Shown here: positions 6,823 to 17,564 of the stretch, piece by piece
Position numbering within the stretch: the first letter of the stretch is position 1
How the letters are laid out: each line of letters opens with the position of its first letter
Origin: a virus
Lineage: Duplodnaviria; Caudoviricetes
Virus record (IMG/VR): IMGVR_UViG_3300035564_000113
Coordinates: 1-51,934 of that record
Strand: one strand, 5' to 3'
DNA: 51,934 nt
Translations under genes and position numbers: made by a program
Notes under the pieces: generated by a model
Told to the model about the DNA's origin: nothing
The model's database searches: none
The model's input: only the letters and a program-made list of their open reading frames with translations

Positions 6823-8604
6823 ATGGGCGCATCGCCCGGTATCGTCGAAAGATACGGGCTCAAGTGGGAACGCGACAAACACACCGAGTTCTCGATTGAG
6901 AGCTGGTGTTATCGCCACAACCACCCGAAAGAGAAGGGGGGTCTGGGCGCGGAAGGACATTTCCGCAAGATGTGGAAAATCATGTGGCCAAAGTTCGAGA
7001 TCAACGAGTGGGTCGAACTGATGATTTGGGCGTGGTGTAATTACAAATACATCATTGTCATCGGACATCAGCGGGCATCAAAGACTTACACATTTGCCTA
7101 CATCGCATACCTGGATTACTGTTGTTCCCCGCTGGATACGATGACCTCGATTGCGACCGTGACCTTCGAGGGGTTGCGGTTGCGCATGTGGTCTGACCTT
7201 CTGCACGCCATCGAAAGCAGCGAGGCCGTGCGCAATGGGATTCAGGATTTTGCCGTCAGGTCCACGACGAACGAGTGCCGTGTGTATCCGATAGATTCAG
7301 GACACGAGGCCGCGGAGAAGTTTCAAATCCATGGGATGAGCGTGTCGCGCACGGCGGATGCGCCTGGTCGTATCCGTGGTGGCCATGCCGACCGACGCCG
7401 GGTGATACTCGACGAATCGCAGGACATGCCGGCGGCGATCTTTGATGCGATGGTTAATCCGATGTCGGCCCCGGACGCCAAGTGTGTGCTGCTCACGAAT
7501 CCGATTGAGAAGGTCAGTCGCTTTGGCGAGTGGTGCGAACCGGCGGAAGGCTGGTCAAGCGTGGACGAGAACGACCTGTTCTGGAAATTACGGATCGGGA
7601 ATGGACAGGGTATTTGCATTCATCTGGATGGCCTCCAGTCGCCAAATTTGAAGGCGGGTAAGACGATCTACCCATACATGCTCACGCAGGAGTCGATCAA
7701 CGAAATCATCTCAAACCATGGGGCGGATTCGGTGCAGTATTGGGCGCTCGTGCGCGGGTTCTTTCCGCCGGATGGCATGGTCTCGAAGATTTGGCCCAAC
7801 TCTACGACTGAGCGAGCGAAGGCACCGATCAAGTTCGACTTCCAGCCGCAGCAATGCGCGACGCTTGACCCGGCATTCGAGTTCGACAATTGCGTAATGC
7901 ACATTGGCCAGCTCGGAATGCCGGTCTTCGGCCAACGCGACTACAAGATTAGCGGGACAGAAACACTCGTGGCCAAGCTGGACGCTGGACTGACCGCTGA
8001 GCCCAAGGACTATCAGGTAGCGCACTGGGTCATGCACGAGTGCCAGAAGCGGGGAATTTTGCCCGAGCATTTCATCATGGACACGACTGGTAATGCGCGA
8101 GGCGTGTATGCGATTCTGCAAAAGGAGTGGTCGCGAAACGTTCAGGGCGTGGAGTACGGCGGGGCGGCGACGAATCGGCCGTTGCGCGCCGATGATAACC
8201 GCAAGTGCGAAGACCTCTATCGGTGGTTCATTACGGAACTGTATTTCCGAGCTTCGGAGTGTGCCAAGGCCGGATTGCTCGGAGGGTTGTCAAATTTGGA
8301 CCGGCGAACGATTGATGATCTCTCGGCCCGGAGGTACGAATTGAAACAGGGAACCAATGGCGTCCTGATGGTCGCCGAGTCGAAAAAGGAAGTTAAGAAG
8401 CGGCTGGGTCGTTCCCCGGACTTTGGCGATGCGTTTGTGCAATGGGGAGAATTGCTGGCACGACTGGGCACCATGCCCGGCGGTGGTGCGGCGCAACGCC
8501 TGGCTCAGACCAAGGCGGCTGGGTCGCGGTGGTCACGTCAGAAAGCACGGGCATTATCCGTATCTGGTCGGTACAACGAAGAAAAAGAATTTACCTACTA
8601 CTGA
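6823..8604 (+). CDS. terL: Terminase large subunit
   Basis: Walker A-like GHQRASKT, Walker B RVILDE, coupling LTNP, nuclease LDPAF / IMDTTG / SPDFGDA. Confidence 0.92.
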   Translation: MGASPGIVERYGLKWERDKHTEFSIESWCYRHNHPKEKGGLGAEGHFRKMWKIMWPKFEINEWVELMIWAWCNYKYIIVIGHQRASKTYTFAYIAYLDYCCSPLDTMTSIATVTFEGLRLRMWSDLLHAIESSEAVRNGIQDFAVRSTTNECRVYPIDSGHEAAEKFQIHGMSVSRTADAPGRIRGGHADRRRVILDESQDMPAAIFDAMVNPMSAPDAKCVLLTNPIEKVSRFGEWCEPAEGWSSVDENDLFWKLRIGNGQGICIHLDGLQSPNLKAGKTIYPYMLTQESINEIISNHGADSVQYWALVRGFFPPDGMVSKIWPNSTTERAKAPIKFDFQPQQCATLDPAFEFDNCVMHIGQLGMPVFGQRDYKISGTETLVAKLDAGLTAEPKDYQVAHWVMHECQKRGILPEHFIMDTTGNARGVYAILQKEWSRNVQGVEYGGAATNRPLRADDNRKCEDLYRWFITELYFRASECAKAGLLGGLSNLDRRTIDDLSARRYELKQGTNGVLMVAESKKEVKKRLGRSPDFGDAFVQWGELLARLGTMPGGGAAQRLAQTKAAGSRWSRQKARALSVSGRYNEEKEFTYY

Positions 8605-8605
8605 C

Positions 8606-9223
8606 ATGGCCCTGCTACGCAATCCACGAGAGACTCCGCCAGACGGATTCCGCTACGTCCAGATGGAGACGCAGGCGCGGTTCACGGGCGAAACATTGGG
8701 TGAATGCGCCGACGTAGTGATTGCCCATCGACAGCATTACAACCTACAACCACAGGACCATCCGACCGTCGAGTTGGAAATCCAGCGGCAGATTTGTGAG
8801 GGGATGTTCCCGCACGTCTGCACCGCCGAGCCGGGCGAAAACTACCAGCCGTTGCAGGACCGTTCGCGTGGATTGGATGCGGACAAGATCATGGCGTTCA
8901 CGGGGGCGGCGTTCCGCTTCATTGAGAGCGGCGGCGAACTTGTGACCAAGGAAGAGTCGGCGCGCCGGGCCGCAATCTGCCGCGGATGCCAGTATAACCG
9001 TCGAACTACTTGTATTTGCACCCCGATTTTCAAGATGCTGGATGCGCTCGTGCCATCCTCACGGCGCGAGTCTGGTCTTGCAATTTGTGGAATTTGCGGG
9101 TGTTCATTGGAAATTAAGACCCTTCTGCCCATGTCAACAATTCAGTCCGACAATGCCGGTAAGTCTTTGAGATTCCCCGCGTATTGCTGGATGAACGAAC
9201 CCGATGGCCAAAAAACCACGTAG
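8606..9223 (+). CDS. Cys-rich putative Zn-binding protein
   Basis: RAAICRGC...CIC...CGICGC...CW; start trimmed to MALLRN. Confidence 0.7.
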   Translation: MALLRNPRETPPDGFRYVQMETQARFTGETLGECADVVIAHRQHYNLQPQDHPTVELEIQRQICEGMFPHVCTAEPGENYQPLQDRSRGLDADKIMAFTGAAFRFIESGGELVTKEESARRAAICRGCQYNRRTTCICTPIFKMLDALVPSSRRESGLAICGICGCSLEIKTLLPMSTIQSDNAGKSLRFPAYCWMNEPDGQKTT

Positions 9224-11420
9224 CAGAAACGAGGTGGTTTTGCAGAAGTTTCTGCCCGAGTCCGTGCAGAAGACGCAGGCGGAGTCTGGTAGCGGGATTC
9301 AGGATCAGCCGTTCACCGGACCGACCTACGCCAACGACCGGCGCATCCGAGACTGCTCTCAGGCGCGTGAGTTATATGTTCGGCTTTACCTTGAAGGACA
9401 GTTACGAGCTCAGGCGTTCGCTCAGGTGCGCAACCAGATCGAGGGCGGCCGACCGTTCGATCCTGATGAGTTAAAGCGCAACGGCGAACTCTGGCGGACT
9501 AACGTGAATTTCAACGATGCGCGGGCCTCATTCCGTCGCGTCTCGATGCCCTATTGGAAGATGGTCCATGAGGTACCGAACCTGATTTCGCTCAAGATCC
9601 ATTCGCGGGCGCCCGAGGTTCCACAGTGGGAAAAGGGATTCGCCGAGTGCTTCGACATGTTTCGCGATGACTGGGGACCGGACTATTTCATGCAGTTCTC
9701 AGGGTTTGCCGATGACTACGTGATGTACGGTACCGGCCACACGATGAACCCGGATGAGGCATCAGCTCGTTTTCAGTGGATGCCCTCGGTGCAAATCCTC
9801 CTGCCAAAGCGTACCAAGTCGAACATCGACAAATGGGAACTCGTTTGCTTCAAGACCGAGTTGACGGCGGACGAACTCTGGCAGCATCTGAAGGGCGGTG
9901 GGAAAGCGGCGAAGACCGCCGGCTGGAATCCTGAGATGATAAAGCAGGCCATCCGCATGGCCGCTCCGGCTCCAGGAAACACGCGGTATTTCGATCCGAA
10001 CTACTGGCAGGACATGATCGCGTCAAATGACCTCGTGATTGGAGGAGTCTGGCCACCGGTAAGCGTCGTGCATGAATGGGCGTACCTTCCCAAGCAGAAG
10101 AAGATCATGCACTACATCTTCACGGAAAAGGCCGACGTGGCGGACTACTTGTACTGCGCCGAAGAATCCGTGGCGTCCTTCCGGCAGCTCTTTGGTACGG
10201 CATTTTACAGCGTCGGGTCGAACGGGCTGTACCATTCGATCAAGGGCTTTGGCGTAATGAACTACTACTACGCCACGGTCATCAATCGCTCGAAGTGCCG
10301 GCTGGTGGATTCCGCGACGTTCGCCATGGGCATGAACTTCGTCAAGGGTGACAACACGCCCGACGAAGCGCCCCCCGTCGAAAACTATTCGATGGTGAAC
10401 ATTTTCCCGACCGGACTCCAGCAATTGCAGTGGTATCCCCAGCTTGGACCGGCATCGGAACTGATTGGAACCCTCGCCCAAAACCAGACAGAAAACAACT
10501 TCACGTACAATGAGCCGCAGAAGGAGATTGCGAATACGCGGACGGCGCATCAGGCCGAGATGCTGGGTCAGATTGCGAATGAGATGAGTTCGGCGGGCAG
10601 TTCGATCTTCCTTTCGCAGATGGGCGTGATCTACGGTGAGTGCTTCCGACGACTGCTGCGCAAGAATTCGTCCGACGATGACGCCAAGAAATTCCGCCGC
10701 CGCTGCAAGGCAAAGGGCATCCCAGAAAAAGTGATGGATGCGATGGCCGATCCCGAAGGGAAGGACGGCATCGAATATACCGTGAAGACGAGTGCCAGCC
10801 CGACCACGGCGAGTCCAGTGATCCGTCAACAGCTCGTGAACTGGCTTTTCAATGCGATCATGCCGCTACCCGACGCCAACCGCCGAGAGATTCTGGAATT
10901 TGGCGTGGCGACAAATCTCGGTGCGGATGGCCCGCAGCGGTTCCTGCTGCCGATTGGCGTTGGCTCCGATCCGCGCGCCCGGCGCGAGGCGCGCATGGAG
11001 AACGTCGATTTGGGTCAGGGTCAGCCGCTCGGCGATCCGCCGAACTTCGGCGTCGATCCTTCGGACTCCCACGTCGAGCATATCGACGAGCATTTGAAGC
11101 CGCTGGAGATGATCTGTCAGGCGGTGCAGCAAAGTGGACAACCGGGCCAGCCGGGACAACCTGCGCCGCAACTCACGCCCGATCATCTCGTGGCCCTGCA
11201 ACTGGTTATACCTCACACGCAGGCGCACCTGGAATTGCTCGCCAACAACGAAACCCAGAAACAGGCATACCAGCAACTCAAGGCGCGGTTCACGGCAGTT
11301 GCCTCCATCGCGCAGGGATTGATGGCGCGGCTCGCCCGCGCTCACATGCAGGCGCAACAGAACGGCCAACCGCTTCAACCCGGTGACGTGCAGCAGGCAA
11401 TCTCAGGAGCCCAGCAATGA
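9204..11420 (+). CDS. Portal protein
   Basis: 738 aa after terL, 'RTAHQA' portal-like motif, Q-rich C-terminus. Confidence 0.8.
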   Translation: MAKKPRSRNEVVLQKFLPESVQKTQAESGSGIQDQPFTGPTYANDRRIRDCSQARELYVRLYLEGQLRAQAFAQVRNQIEGGRPFDPDELKRNGELWRTNVNFNDARASFRRVSMPYWKMVHEVPNLISLKIHSRAPEVPQWEKGFAECFDMFRDDWGPDYFMQFSGFADDYVMYGTGHTMNPDEASARFQWMPSVQILLPKRTKSNIDKWELVCFKTELTADELWQHLKGGGKAAKTAGWNPEMIKQAIRMAAPAPGNTRYFDPNYWQDMIASNDLVIGGVWPPVSVVHEWAYLPKQKKIMHYIFTEKADVADYLYCAEESVASFRQLFGTAFYSVGSNGLYHSIKGFGVMNYYYATVINRSKCRLVDSATFAMGMNFVKGDNTPDEAPPVENYSMVNIFPTGLQQLQWYPQLGPASELIGTLAQNQTENNFTYNEPQKEIANTRTAHQAEMLGQIANEMSSAGSSIFLSQMGVIYGECFRRLLRKNSSDDDAKKFRRRCKAKGIPEKVMDAMADPEGKDGIEYTVKTSASPTTASPVIRQQLVNWLFNAIMPLPDANRREILEFGVATNLGADGPQRFLLPIGVGSDPRARREARMENVDLGQGQPLGDPPNFGVDPSDSHVEHIDEHLKPLEMICQAVQQSGQPGQPGQPAPQLTPDHLVALQLVIPHTQAHLELLANNETQKQAYQQLKARFTAVASIAQGLMARLARAHMQAQQNGQPLQPGDVQQAISGAQQ

Positions 11421-11776
11421 AAAAAGGAGAACGCAAACGACCCGATATTTACTTCGATCCGCTGGCAAAGTTCTTGCCGGAGGAAAAGTCGAAGTTGCGA
11501 GCCATCCTCGTCGATCCGACCTACGTGAAATGGTTGCGCATCGTGGAGGGGAAGAAGCCATCATCGAATTGCGCGCTGGCCGGCACTGGAAACCGTGATG
11601 CTTTCAGCAACGACCGGGCAAATGCGCGCCTTGGTGAAATCCGCGGATGGGAACTGCACACTGTTGCGATGTACTGGGCGCTCACCGATGCCCCGCCGCC
11701 CCGCATTGAAACCGAGTCCAGTTACTCGAACAACGCGGCAATGAATCTCGAACCCAGAATCCCTGAACAGAAATAG
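11417..11776 (+). CDS. Hypothetical head-module protein
   Basis: Overlaps the portal stop; typical small post-portal gene. Confidence 0.7.
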   Translation: MKKGERKRPDIYFDPLAKFLPEEKSKLRAILVDPTYVKWLRIVEGKKPSSNCALAGTGNRDAFSNDRANARLGEIRGWELHTVAMYWALTDAPPPRIETESSYSNNAAMNLEPRIPEQK

Positions 11777-11778
11777 CC

Positions 11779-13188
11779 ATGTCCAATATCACTCCGAACA
11801 CACCGGCGGCAGCCCCCGCCACTCCCGCGGCAATTCCTCCGGTTGCTGGCACGGTTTCCGGTCCAGCGTCCATGCCTTCTCACAAGAGCGTCCTTCCCGA
11901 AGGATTGAAGGTCGATCACGGTCATTCCGCCGATGAGTTCTTCGCGCGTCATCAAGAGGCGAATGGCCTTTCGGCCCCTGCGCCAGTTGCGCCGGCTGCG
12001 GCCGCCGCTCCGGTAGCGCCCGTCGTACCGCCTGTCGCGGCTGCGACCGTGGCGCCAGAACCTTCGTCCGTTCCGGTCAAGGGTTCGATGATGGATAAAC
12101 TGGCGGCCAAGGCAAAGCCGGCGGCTCCCGCTGTTCCCGCTCCAGTGGTCCCCGCTGCGCCATCCGCGGCCAATCCCGAGGATCAAATCAGTCTCGACCC
12201 GAAGTATTCTCCGGCGGCACACGCGAGTTTCGCCCAAATCAAGGGCATCGCGGCTGGACTGCGTGACCAGTTGAACGCGGCGCGCGAGACGGAACGTCAG
12301 TTGAAGGCTCAACTTGACGCGGCGAAATCTGCCACGCCTGTACCCGATGTCGCCGAAATAGAAAAACTACGCGCCGAGAACAAGGCATTTTCTGATCGGC
12401 TGATGCTGGTCGATCTGCGCGAGCACCCGAAATTCCAATCGGAGTTTGTTGCTCCGCAGCAGCAGGCATTGCAGACCGCCAAGGAATTGCTCGTGGCAAA
12501 TGGAAAATCAGACGATATTAGTCGATTGGTTGATTTGCCGCGCGGTGAACTGGGCAAGACTTTATCGGAAATTACCAAGGATTTGCCAGACCTTGATCGT
12601 CGTGATGTAACGGATTCCGTTTACAAGGCATGGACAATCGCCCAACAGGCGTCATCTGCGCTTTCCAAGTCGCGCGAAACCTACGGGGCGCTGCGCAACC
12701 AAACCGACGCCACCCAAAAGCAGGCGTTTGAGCGCACGTGGGAGCGTTCGGCTGGTCACGTCGCCGAACACATCGTTGAACTCGAGGTTCCCGACGACGC
12801 CACGCCAGAAGTTCGCGCCAGCATTGAAGCCGACAACGCGGCTTTCAAGGGACTGCGGACGGTGGCCGAGCAACGCGCATTCGGCCCGGCAACGTCTGAA
12901 GTCGTGGCCGAAAACGCCATCAAGAGCGCGGCCTACGATCTGCACATCCAACGAGTGATGCCGAGAATCATCAAGGAGTACGATTCGCTTTTGACACTAA
13001 ACCGTCAACTCGCTGGGGAACTTCAGGCAATCCGCGACCGAAATCCGAATCGTCAAATTGCTGGCGTGGCCGCGGGCGGTGGAGGTGGTGGGCTTGGCCC
13101 GGATGGCACACTCTCAGAGGCGCAACTTTCCAAGATGACCCACGAAGAGGCGGCTGCGGCGCTGGCTCCTCGCGTGGGCGGAAGATAA
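11779..13188 (+). CDS. Putative capsid scaffolding protein
   Basis: A/P-rich disordered N-terminus plus coiled coil; position after portal. Confidence 0.65.
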   Translation: MSNITPNTPAAAPATPAAIPPVAGTVSGPASMPSHKSVLPEGLKVDHGHSADEFFARHQEANGLSAPAPVAPAAAAAPVAPVVPPVAAATVAPEPSSVPVKGSMMDKLAAKAKPAAPAVPAPVVPAAPSAANPEDQISLDPKYSPAAHASFAQIKGIAAGLRDQLNAARETERQLKAQLDAAKSATPVPDVAEIEKLRAENKAFSDRLMLVDLREHPKFQSEFVAPQQQALQTAKELLVANGKSDDISRLVDLPRGELGKTLSEITKDLPDLDRRDVTDSVYKAWTIAQQASSALSKSRETYGALRNQTDATQKQAFERTWERSAGHVAEHIVELEVPDDATPEVRASIEADNAAFKGLRTVAEQRAFGPATSEVVAENAIKSAAYDLHIQRVMPRIIKEYDSLLTLNRQLAGELQAIRDRNPNRQIAGVAAGGGGGGLGPDGTLSEAQLSKMTHEEAAAALAPRVGGR

Positions 13189-13191
13189 CCC

Positions 13192-13575
13192 ATGAGTGGA
13201 CTTTCCATTGGATCGACCAACCGCCGGCCACAAACCTACACTGGTGGTCAGTCTCATGATGCGCCCCGATGGACGGATGACCCTTTACACTCAATCCTAA
13301 GTCAATTTATGAACACCGTAATTTCAGCGGGTTTTGGCCCCATCAACATTCCGTTCCTGTCTTCTGTCACTCAACTCGCCGGAACAGGATATTCCTCATT
13401 GGCCGCAGTCCCAACCATTCCACTTCCAACCGTGTTCGCCGTTGATATTCTGGTCGGGGGTTCTCCCCAGCGATGGTATCTGGTCGCGGGCACGAGTGCC
13501 GGGGGGACCGGCATTGTTTTGCCAAACGATTATGATCCAGTGACTAACGCAAAATACTGGGTACAATTGGCTTAA
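13192..13575 (+). CDS. Hypothetical virion protein
   Basis: Tightly packed; C-terminus 'GIVLPNDYDPVTNAKYWVQ'. Confidence 0.6.
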   Translation: MSGLSIGSTNRRPQTYTGGQSHDAPRWTDDPLHSILSQFMNTVISAGFGPINIPFLSSVTQLAGTGYSSLAAVPTIPLPTVFAVDILVGGSPQRWYLVAGTSAGGTGIVLPNDYDPVTNAKYWVQLA

Positions 13576-13576
13576 C

Positions 13577-14635
13577 ATGATTCGCGCACGATACAGTGAC
13601 TTTCAGGTTCAACTCGCTCGGGTGAGTGGGACTACGGGGATGTCGCCGACTGACCCTCGGGTGATGGACTACACGAACATGGCCATCTTCGAGTTGATGA
13701 ACGAAGGTGACTGGCCTTCGCTCATCGCCCGGTTGCAGTTCAGGCTCACCCAGCCGCGTCTTGTGCTGCCGGCCGAGTTCGACCGGATTTTGTACCTTAC
13801 GGTGAATCACGCGCCAGTCCCGATGCAATCGCCTTGGTTTGAGTTCATCGGCGAAGGACCGGACTTGGCGAGTGCAGGTTACGTTGCCCCACAGAACACG
13901 CAAAACGACATTCTGTGGAAGCGATTCATTGGCGTGCTTGACCGTGAACAGATTTACACCTTCGAGGATGTGCCCGACGATGGGAACGTCTACTACCCGG
14001 TGATCTATGGCACGGTCGATGAGCGCACGCCGGGAAATCCTGTTCGCCCGAATCTCATTTTGCCTGGTTACGATAACAACAAGCAGTGGATTCGGACACA
14101 GGACTCGACTGGCGCATGGATCGACGGGATGGAACTTCCAATCAACGGAGATTTGGCCCCGTTCGCTTCGGCCGGCGTGATTCCAATTTCTCAGGTGACT
14201 GGCATATCAAAGCCAATCACAAAAGGTTACGTGAATCTCTATGCCTATTGCCCGGTGACGGGTGCCAATATCTTTCTCGCGAGTTATGCGCCAAACGACA
14301 CGACGCCGTTCTACCGGAGTTACAACATTCCGGGTCTGGAGTGCGTGAATGGCCAACACGTGCATGTCAACGTGAGAGCGCGCAGGCGGTACACCCCGAT
14401 CCAGAAGGCGTCCGATTTTTTGCTCATCAACAGTCTGCCGGCGCTGATTTCGATGGTGCAAGCCATCTACTACCGGGAGTCGAAAGATCCGCAGAGCTAC
14501 ATCGTTTACAAGCAAATCGCCGTCGATATTCTCAAAAAGGAGATGACGGCCTACATTGGTCAGCAGCGTAATAAACCTGCCATCACGTTCGGCGAGGGCA
14601 CAGGAGTCCGACGCGATGGCATGTACATCCACTGA
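13577..14635 (+). CDS. Putative head-tail adaptor (tail tubular A-like)
   Basis: Size, position, N-terminal 'YTNMAIFELMNEGDW' helix pattern. Confidence 0.55.
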   Translation: MIRARYSDFQVQLARVSGTTGMSPTDPRVMDYTNMAIFELMNEGDWPSLIARLQFRLTQPRLVLPAEFDRILYLTVNHAPVPMQSPWFEFIGEGPDLASAGYVAPQNTQNDILWKRFIGVLDREQIYTFEDVPDDGNVYYPVIYGTVDERTPGNPVRPNLILPGYDNNKQWIRTQDSTGAWIDGMELPINGDLAPFASAGVIPISQVTGISKPITKGYVNLYAYCPVTGANIFLASYAPNDTTPFYRSYNIPGLECVNGQHVHVNVRARRRYTPIQKASDFLLINSLPALISMVQAIYYRESKDPQSYIVYKQIAVDILKKEMTAYIGQQRNKPAITFGEGTGVRRDGMYIH

Positions 14636-14838
14636 TGCCGCGCCGTGAAGCAGACTGGGCCGCGTTGGTTCCGTATGACGGAATCCAGAAAAAGCCCGTT
14701 CAACTGACGGGCCTCGTAGCCGCTGCACCGCCGCAGATAACGGTTGTTGTCGCCATTCCGAAACTAACCCCTGGCGGCACCAACGGTAGTCTCACCATCG
14801 TCAACGGTCTTGTCACGAATACCGTAGCCCCCACCTGA
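14635..14838 (+). CDS. Small virion-associated protein
   Basis: TGATG overlap. Confidence 0.6.
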   Translation: MPRREADWAALVPYDGIQKKPVQLTGLVAAAPPQITVVVAIPKLTPGGTNGSLTIVNGLVTNTVAPT

Positions 14839-14840
14839 AC

Positions 14841-16688
14841 ATGGACGACTCATGGAGACCACAGGATCAGGTGGTTTTGAATGACGGAATTAATTCGGGG
14901 TTCCGGCCAGACCAGATTGGACAAAATCAGGCTGCTTGGGCGCAGAACGTCACGATCCGCGATGGGAAGCCACGCACGCGCGATTACAAATTTGTTCAGC
15001 GGGCAACACTTCCCAAGGGACTTTTGCAGGGCTGGGGGTTTTACAGCGTGCAGGGCGGCAGTTTTGTAGTTTCGATATGGGGTCAACTCTGGCGGTTGAT
15101 CGTCAATGGAAACAACGTTTCGGTAGTTTCGATTCCACTCGACTGGCGTAATTCAGAAACGATTCGTCAGGCCTGGATGTGTGAGACGGCCGGTTCGCTG
15201 GTCATCCAAGATGGGCAGTCCGCGGCGATCATCTTTGATGGGTCAACGGCGAGACGAGCCGGGAACAACGAAGTTCCACGTGGAACATCCATGGCGTACG
15301 GCAATGGCCGGCTGGCGGTGGTCGTCTTTGGCAATCAGGTCATGGTAGGTAACATCACGACCAATCTTTTCCAGTCAGAATTGCAGTTCACAGAAACCAC
15401 GTACCTTTCTGGAGGCGGTTCGTTCCTTTTCCCAAAGGCAGTCAGTGGATTGGCCTTCCTTCCAATCAACAACACGAACACCGGACTTGGGAGCTTAATA
15501 GTTTTTGGGCAACGGTTTGCGAATAGTCTCCGTCTCGATGTTACCGCACGCGAACTTTGGGATCAGATTCCCGGATTTGAACAGGTTGTTTTGCCGGTCG
15601 GGGCCGCCGGCCAAAACTGCATCGTGCCTGTCAACCAAGACCTCTATTGGCGGGATTCCAACGGCAATATCTGGTCGCTTCGTTCTGCGCAGTGGGATGC
15701 GATGAGTCCGGGCAATGCTCCGATTTCGCGCGAGGTATCGCGCATCGTCGATTTTGAAACGTCCGCGCTGCTTCCTTTCTCATCGGGGATTTTCGACAAC
15801 AACCGTTTGCTGATGCTGGGCAGTCCGTTGCTGAACGTGTACGGGAACCCTTCGTTCCTCGACATCATCAGCCTCGATGCCGCGGCGCTTGCTACAATGC
15901 GGGGAAAGGCACCGCCGGCCTACGATGGCGTTGCGTGTGGACTGGCGTTCACCGCGCTCATGCACGGCGACATCGAAAACCAGAGCCGCTCCTTTGCCAT
16001 TTCGACGGACGCGGACGGTGAGAATCGGCTGTGGGAAATTCTTCCGGCTGAGAAGACCGACTTCGCCTACATCTCAGTCGGAACAGCGAACGCCTACACT
16101 GCGATTGCCAAACTGACCCCCATCCCAGTTACGTCCTTCGTGGAGACTCGCCGATTCGACTTCGGAATGCCGGGGATGAAGAAGCAGATCGTGCGCGTCG
16201 ATCTCTGGCCCACAGACATTGAGGGGAGTGTGACGATGACGGTTTACTGGCGCGCGGATAATCGCACGCAGTGGCAGTTATGGGGTTCAGTCTCCGTCTG
16301 TGCTGACATGGATAACGCCGATGGAGAATGGCTCGATTTGGCGTCACAAGAGCGGGGGCGCATCAAGACCCTCACGGCCCCCGACAACATCGACGTGATC
16401 GACAACCAACGGGCCGACATGGGTTATGGATTTCAGATCAGGATCGTGTGGACTGGAAGCATGTTGCTCGACCGAATCAAACTCTGGGCGAAGTCGGACA
16501 TTCCAGAGTCAAGTTACTCGGAAGTCAGCAACCTGTCATCGGCCTGCGTTCAAAATGTCGTGACAAACAATGGGATTTCGTATGCCATCCCGTTCGGAGG
16601 GCTTGGCGGCTCCTACACCGACCAGAACGGGAACGTGTACGCGGATCAAAATGGAACCCCTTACACGGGCTCGGTGATCTTGCAGTAA
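14841..16688 (+). CDS. Putative tail nozzle (tail tubular B / P22 gp10-like)
   Basis: 615 aa, beta-rich, 'GINSGFRPDQI..NQAAWAQNV', 'ETRRFDFG'. Confidence 0.65.
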   Translation: MDDSWRPQDQVVLNDGINSGFRPDQIGQNQAAWAQNVTIRDGKPRTRDYKFVQRATLPKGLLQGWGFYSVQGGSFVVSIWGQLWRLIVNGNNVSVVSIPLDWRNSETIRQAWMCETAGSLVIQDGQSAAIIFDGSTARRAGNNEVPRGTSMAYGNGRLAVVVFGNQVMVGNITTNLFQSELQFTETTYLSGGGSFLFPKAVSGLAFLPINNTNTGLGSLIVFGQRFANSLRLDVTARELWDQIPGFEQVVLPVGAAGQNCIVPVNQDLYWRDSNGNIWSLRSAQWDAMSPGNAPISREVSRIVDFETSALLPFSSGIFDNNRLLMLGSPLLNVYGNPSFLDIISLDAAALATMRGKAPPAYDGVACGLAFTALMHGDIENQSRSFAISTDADGENRLWEILPAEKTDFAYISVGTANAYTAIAKLTPIPVTSFVETRRFDFGMPGMKKQIVRVDLWPTDIEGSVTMTVYWRADNRTQWQLWGSVSVCADMDNADGEWLDLASQERGRIKTLTAPDNIDVIDNQRADMGYGFQIRIVWTGSMLLDRIKLWAKSDIPESSYSEVSNLSSACVQNVVTNNGISYAIPFGGLGGSYTDQNGNVYADQNGTPYTGSVILQ

Positions 16689-16689
16689 C

Positions 16690-17265
16690 ATGGCACGCCT
16701 CAATCAAAATCCTATCAAAGCGGTGCTGTCCGGCAATGAAGGCTGGACCGCAGTCGATCCCTCCACCGGGGATGATGTTGGGCTGACGCCGCTGACGATC
16801 ACACAGTTTGTAGGTCAGAATATCCCGCTGGCTTCCGGGTCTACTAACGGTTCGATGTCGGGCGCGCAGTCAGCAAAGCTCAATGCGCTCCCAGATGCGG
16901 CGTCACTCTCCAGCCAGATCAGCCAACTGGCGGAAGTCGCATTCCCCATCTTCGTTTCTGACCCGGCGGACGGGACCATCGAAATTTACACGCATGTTCT
17001 CGATACACCATGGGTCTTGGCCAAGGCAGTCGCCGCGCTCTCAGTTGGCAGCGCCAATCTCACGTTGATGAAGAATGGGGTGAACATTGCTGGGTTGACC
17101 AATTGTGCTGTGAACGGATCTTCGCAGACATTCACCGGCACTGACACGCCACCCAACATGACATTGAGTGCCGGAGACGTTTTTGGAATCACTCTTAGCG
17201 GGGTCACACTTGGGGCCAAGAACTTGATGCTTTCGGTGAGAGCCGACAGCACCATCACGCCATGA
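16690..17265 (+). CDS. Hypothetical tail protein
   Basis: 'ASGSTNGSMSGAQSAKLN' fibre-type motif. Confidence 0.6.
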   Translation: MARLNQNPIKAVLSGNEGWTAVDPSTGDDVGLTPLTITQFVGQNIPLASGSTNGSMSGAQSAKLNALPDAASLSSQISQLAEVAFPIFVSDPADGTIEIYTHVLDTPWVLAKAVAALSVGSANLTLMKNGVNIAGLTNCAVNGSSQTFTGTDTPPNMTLSAGDVFGITLSGVTLGAKNLMLSVRADSTITP

Positions 17266-17561
17266 TTGCAGCCTGCATCGCCATCCAAAGTTCGGCCGGC
17301 ACAAATCCCGGCCTCGCTCCGATAGCGATATTTCATCCGACCGATTTCAATCCATATGTCGGGGATACCATCCAATTTATCGACAACTCAACCAACAACC
17401 CAATCTCATGGACGTGGGATATTGATGGGTCGGTTTTCTCGCAAATCCAAAATCCCACATTTTATTGCAGCCAGTTTGGAACACACGATTTTCGTCTGAC
17501 TGTATCCAACCAATACGGATCGTCTCAATACACCCTGCCGATCACCATTCAAATCAACTGA
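17262..17561 (+). CDS. PKD (Ig-like) domain protein
   Basis: VGDTIQFIDNSTNNPISWTWDI......QNPTF.....G..DFRLTVSNQYGS. Confidence 0.85.
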   Translation: MIAACIAIQSSAGTNPGLAPIAIFHPTDFNPYVGDTIQFIDNSTNNPISWTWDIDGSVFSQIQNPTFYCSQFGTHDFRLTVSNQYGSSQYTLPITIQIN

Positions 17562-17564
17562 CCG